DNA from: Calditrichales bacterium
Lineage (GTDB): Bacteria > Calditrichota > Calditrichia > Calditrichales > J004
Assembly: GCA_965267575.1 (NCBI GenBank)
Contig: OZ254086.1
Coordinates: forward strand, 1 to 64,000
DNA length: 64,000 nucleotides
Reading direction: 5' to 3'
The notes beneath the pieces were generated by a model. The model saw nothing but the letters and a program-made list of their open reading frames with translations, searched no databases and was not told the origin of the DNA. The first letter of the stretch is position 1. Each line of letters starts with the position of its first letter. Shown piece by piece: positions 61,073 through 64,000 of this stretch. The position numbers were made by a program, and so were the translations under genes.

Positions 61073-61234
61073 ATGAACAACATCATTATTCTAGTAGCAA
61101 TGGTAATAGTATTGATGGTCGGATTTAAAGGAGATGAAACGGAACAGGTTGCTCTACCACCATCCTCTGAGTTGCCTACTGTAGATGGAAATTCTTCCCC
61201 ACACTCATCTGACTTGCCAGATGATGGGCTGTAA
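61073..61234 (+). CDS. Small secreted peptide 3 (53 aa)
   Basis: Not in ORF track. GGGAG SD; MNNIIILVAMVIVLMVGFKGDETEQVALPPSSELPTVDGNSSPHSSDLPDDGL. Confidence 0.78.
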   Translation: MNNIIILVAMVIVLMVGFKGDETEQVALPPSSELPTVDGNSSPHSSDLPDDGL

Positions 61235-61320
61235 AACAACTATGGAATCTTAAGAGCTTTTATTTATTAGTTTAAATTAAATTATATATGTGTACATATA
61301 CGATTTAATTATATACGTCG

Positions 61321-61473
61321 CTACAGCACCCTATAATACTCCTTAATCTTCCGGGCCATGAGCTTGCGCCGTAGCTTCAGGAATTCAGCATAGTTTTCGA
61401 CGGCACGGTTTCCCATGCCACTGGGTATACAATTCATCTAAAAGTTTTCAAGCAGCTCGTCACGAGTGTTGAT
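61321..61473 (-). repeat. Displaced copy 1 of the 3' end of the GmrSD-like gene
   Basis: Aligns without gaps to 62761 onward; 22 mismatches in the first 140 nt by manual count; contains an in-frame TAG. Confidence 0.9.
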
Positions 61474-61478
61474 TCTGA

Positions 61479-61601
61479 GCTTCAATCCAATATGATTTGA
61501 TAAAAATGAAAAAACACTCATGCCGCTATACCTGCATTATAGTTCCCCGCAGGGAACTTTTATTTACACCAACGTTTCAATGCAACTATGTTCGATTAGC
61601 G
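61479..61601 (-). CRISPR. Two highly degenerate CRISPR-like repeats (orphan)
   Basis: + strand GCTTCAATCCAATATGATTTGATAAAA (61479) and GTTTCAATGCAACTATGTTCGATTAG (61574); the latter ends ATTGAAAC on the minus strand; gap is longer than a normal spacer. Confidence 0.35.
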
Positions 61602-61742
61602 CCAGTGCGCATTAACGGGGCTAAATCGTTCCAGCTACTATTATAAAAACCAGGGGCTTTGGTTCCACGCGTGGAACTTTCACTCACATTCAAATCTATG
61701 TTTTAAATAAACAAAAAAGTTACATGCATGTAACTTTGTCAT

Positions 61743-61919
61743 TTAACCAAAAATCCCTCTCAAACTCTTCATCCGTATTTCGAGCCACAAAAGCGGTAAC
61801 ACGGAGCCGCCAATAACAACAATCGCGTCTTTTAACTCGCCAAGAATATGGAGTAACTCCACCAACACCGATTTGTTGGCTTCTACTTCGCGGTCTCCGT
61901 AGGCTGATTTGCTGTCCAT
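61743..61919 (-). pseudogene. N-terminal fragment of an AbiEii-like nucleotidyltransferase
   Basis: MDSKSAYGDREVEANKSVLVELLHILGELKDAIVVIGGSV... stops after 58 aa; overlaps the end of the AbiEi-like fragment. Confidence 0.5.
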
Positions 61920-62209
61920 TCCTGCTTGATTATCCTTTCATATAAAAAATTGGCGGCTTCTTCACCGCGTTCTTTGTTGCCTGCAAGGTCTAAGTACAAC
62001 TGTACACCTGAGACGACCGGAATGATATCGTAGTCGCACGATTGATAGAATACGCCTCTCACATAAGGTTTAAGCAATACAACGTTAGAGCCGCTGTCAA
62101 CGGCCTTTAAATCAAGCGCTTGTTTCTGGTCTTCAATATCGACTTCTATGTAGGCATGCATGCGTTTATATCGCGTATAGGATGCCACGCGAAAGTGGCA
62201 CGTGTGCAA
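61883..62209 (-). pseudogene. C-terminal fragment of an AbiEi-like (type IV TA antitoxin) protein
   Basis: NVVLLKPY..GVF...PVVSGVQLYLDL....ERGEEAANFL; N-terminal HTH missing. Confidence 0.55.
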
Positions 62210-62279
62210 CTAAGTCGAAAGAATATTAATCCCAATAGGTTTTTATGAAAGAAAGGTTCTCTGCAGAGAACCTTATAGC

Positions 62280-62394
62280 CCAAAACACTTTATAGTACTC
62301 TTTAAATCCTCCAGGTAATGAGCCTGCGCCGCACTCTATGCGGTGGGATACAAGTTCATCGCAACATTTCAAGCAACTCATCACGTTTAATGAT
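62280..62394 (-). repeat. Displaced, internally deleted copy 2 of the GmrSD-like 3' end
   Basis: tatagtactctttaa...gagcctgcgccg...cggtgggatacaagttcatcgcaa...ttcaagcaactcatcacgttt matches segments of 62761-62914. Confidence 0.7.
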
Positions 62395-62489
62395 TTCAAT
62401 CCCCCTATAATTCGATTAAAAGAGTTCCACGCATGGAACTTTTCTGCGAAATCTTAAATGTTTCAATCTCAGTATGATTCGATATAATA
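62393..62489 (-). CRISPR. Degenerate single-spacer CRISPR-like mini-array (type I-B-like repeats); no cas genes in the window
   Basis: ATTTCAATCCCCCTATAATTCGATTAAAAG (62393-62422), 37-nt spacer, GTTTCAATCTCAGTATGATTCGATATAATA (62460-62489); 21/30 identical; minus-strand ends ATTGAAAT and ATTGAAAC. Confidence 0.5.
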
Positions 62490-62616
62490 CGCCTTAATCT
62501 TCCGGGCCATTGGCTTACGCCGTAGCTCCAGGAATTCATCATAGTCTTCTACTGCGCGCTTTTCCATGCCGGTGGGGATGTAGTAGTTCATCTCAAAGTT
62601 TTCAAGAAGCTCGTCA
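62483..62616 (-). repeat. Displaced copy 3 of the GmrSD-like 3' end
   Basis: tataatacgccttaatcttccgggccat...ttttcaagaagctcgtca aligns to about 62772-62902. Confidence 0.88.
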
Positions 62617-62760
62617 ACCCTTTGTCTGATCGAGATAGCTGCGTGGCCTATGGAAATAAAAAGTTACCTGCGGGTAACTTTAGATATTAGTTGCGAAGAA
62701 AAAGCCAAAAGAGCACATTGCAACGTGTTTCTTATAATCTTCATAGACAAATCGTTTTTA

Positions 62761-64000
62761 CTACAACACCCTATAATACTCTTTAATCTTCCGTGCCATA
62801 AGCTTGCGGCGTAGCTCCAGAAATTCATCGTAGTCTTCTACGGCGCGGTTTTCCATGCCGGTGGGGATGCAGTTCATCGCAAAGTTTTCAAGAAGCTCAT
62901 CGCGTTTCGTGATACCGCCGAATTTCAGACCACCGCCGTTGGTTTGATCGAGAATGGCTGTGAAATACTCTGAAGGAGCCTTATTGCCTATTGAGATATT
63001 GATCTCACTTTGCATTATGACATAATTTGCAATTTGGTTATAGCGGCCGCGTGTCAATCCAAACTGTTTTAAATAGGCTTTGGGGAAAATATGATGTACA
63101 TCGCCCTTGTGCGTTATAAGATCGTGAACCGTTATGTCTCGAGACAAGAAGCCTTTATCATTAAGCTTAACCTGGGCAGCAAGATAGGTATTAAAATAGG
63201 GACTGCTGGCAACGGATGAATTGAATTGCTGGGGCAATCCATGGTCCCAGAAAGCGTCGGAAAGCTCGGCACTTTCCACCTGCTCCAGATAGCTTTCAAA
63301 TCCTTTTTCATTAATCCTTCTAATATCATAATCCATGGATGACTCGGGAGACGCCGAATAGCGTCCTGTCAAGATTGAAATAACAAACCATTTACGCACA
63401 TACTTCTCAATGAGTGCCGCATCGTATTTCTTTTCACGGAGATGCAGGTATACGATATAGGCAAAATTCAAGGTCATTTGCGATCTGATCATTGATGCTT
63501 CGACAAAACCGGCGGAACGCAGGATCATGACAAAACGCTTAAAGTGCGTTTCATTCATGAAGTTAAAGATACCATGTTTCAGACGCTCGAATGATTCTTC
63601 AGCAATACTCTCTTCGTAGCCGCGGGTTTCGAAGTTACGGCCGGAAAGCAATGCAACAAGAACTTCCAATTGGCCGCGCTTAAATTCTGATGTAAAAGCC
63701 ACGCGCAGCATATCCGTATAGGAAGGATCGTACAGATCATCGTTCTCGTTTTTAAGCCACGCCATTTTGGGGAAGTATTCTGTTTTGACAAAATCCTTAT
63801 CCACTTCCACCAATTGAGAGTAAAATTCCGGAGCGATAGCCAAATGACAGAAGTAATCGATGCATTTACGCAATGTACTACCGCCATAGATCTCGTTGGC
63901 GGCAATCTTGGACATGGCAAAGTCCGCCTGACTGAGCACAACACCGGCTGAGTTAATCCGGATGAATATCTCGGTAACTGTTTCTATATCCAGATTAGAA
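62761..64000 (-). CDS. GmrSD-like (DUF262 plus DUF1524/HNH) restriction protein; 5' part lies outside the window
   Basis: Frame is open to the window edge: [19 protein letters not shown] (DUF262 FxRxN motif); DVHHIFPK...NQIANY...[12 protein letters not shown]-like motif. Confidence 0.82.
   Translation of the reverse strand, partial: SNLDIETVTEIFIRINSAGVVLSQADFAMSKIAANEIYGGSTLRKCIDYFCHLAIAPEFYSQLVEVDKDFVKTEYFPKMAWLKNENDDLYDPSYTDMLRVAFTSEFKRGQLEVLVALLSGRNFETRGYEESIAEESFERLKHGIFNFMNETHFKRFVMILRSAGFVEASMIRSQMTLNFAYIVYLHLREKKYDAALIEKYVRKWFVISILTGRYSASPESSMDYDIRRINEKGFESYLEQVESAELSDAFWDHGLPQQFNSSVASSPYFNTYLAAQVKLNDKGFLSRDITVHDLITHKGDVHHIFPKAYLKQFGLTRGRYNQIANYVIMQSEINISIGNKAPSEYFTAILDQTNGGGLKFGGITKRDELLENFAMNCIPTGMENRAVEDYDEFLELRRKLMARKIKEYYRVL

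Noticed and set aside
61015-61239. 74-aa minus-strand ORF from the track
   Set aside because: It is the antisense shadow of peptide gene 3, which has an SD site, a signal-like N-terminus and the shared motif.
61687-62251. Additional CRISPR-like repeats at about 61687 and 62224
   Set aside because: Too degenerate to separate from AT-rich background, although each precedes a palindrome.
61321-62914. Diversity-generating retroelement TR/VR pair
   Set aside because: Mismatches are not adenine-specific and fall mostly at third codon positions; no reverse transcriptase is in the window.

Overview
The window has two parts. (1) Bases 1-49.3 kb are one minus-strand, GntR/FadR-associated utilisation locus for uronic-acid polysaccharides (alginate plus a glucuronate-containing glycan). 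It encodes three PL6, one PL17, two PL38-like and one heparinase II/III-type lyase, a GH88-GH2 fusion, several beta-helix proteins with a 'YPNPFN' C-terminal sorting domain, a SusD-less TonB receptor/PorV-like block, TRAP and MFS transporters, and three routes to KDG (KdgF/DehR, KduI/KduD, UxaC/UxuB/UxuA, then KdgK/Eda). A 16-bp operator recurs five times, four of the copies beside sigma70 promoters. These sorting domains together with canonical SD and sigma70 signals suggest a non-Bacteroidota FCB-type host such as Calditrichota or KSB1 (inference). (2) From about 49.9 kb to the end is an accessory island around a tRNA 3'-end (att) remnant. It carries an XRE HTH gene, a nonsense-interrupted excisionase, a tyrosine integrase, a broken DnaB-like gene, a TIR-TM plus secreted TPR pair, AbiE-like remnants and a partial GmrSD-like gene. 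The most unusual signal is an AT-rich module of a GAF/HTH-like protein, a membrane-anchored protein and three tandem small secreted-peptide genes (two absent from the ORF track). The peptides share a P-x-x-S-[EQDS]-[LM]-P-x(1,2)-D motif, and two of the genes share an upstream palindrome. Next to it is a 1.4-kb mosaic of displaced GmrSD 3'-tails, degenerate type I-B-like CRISPR repeats and seven related palindromes of up to 22 bp. All family calls come from motif recognition by eye; no database searches were run.
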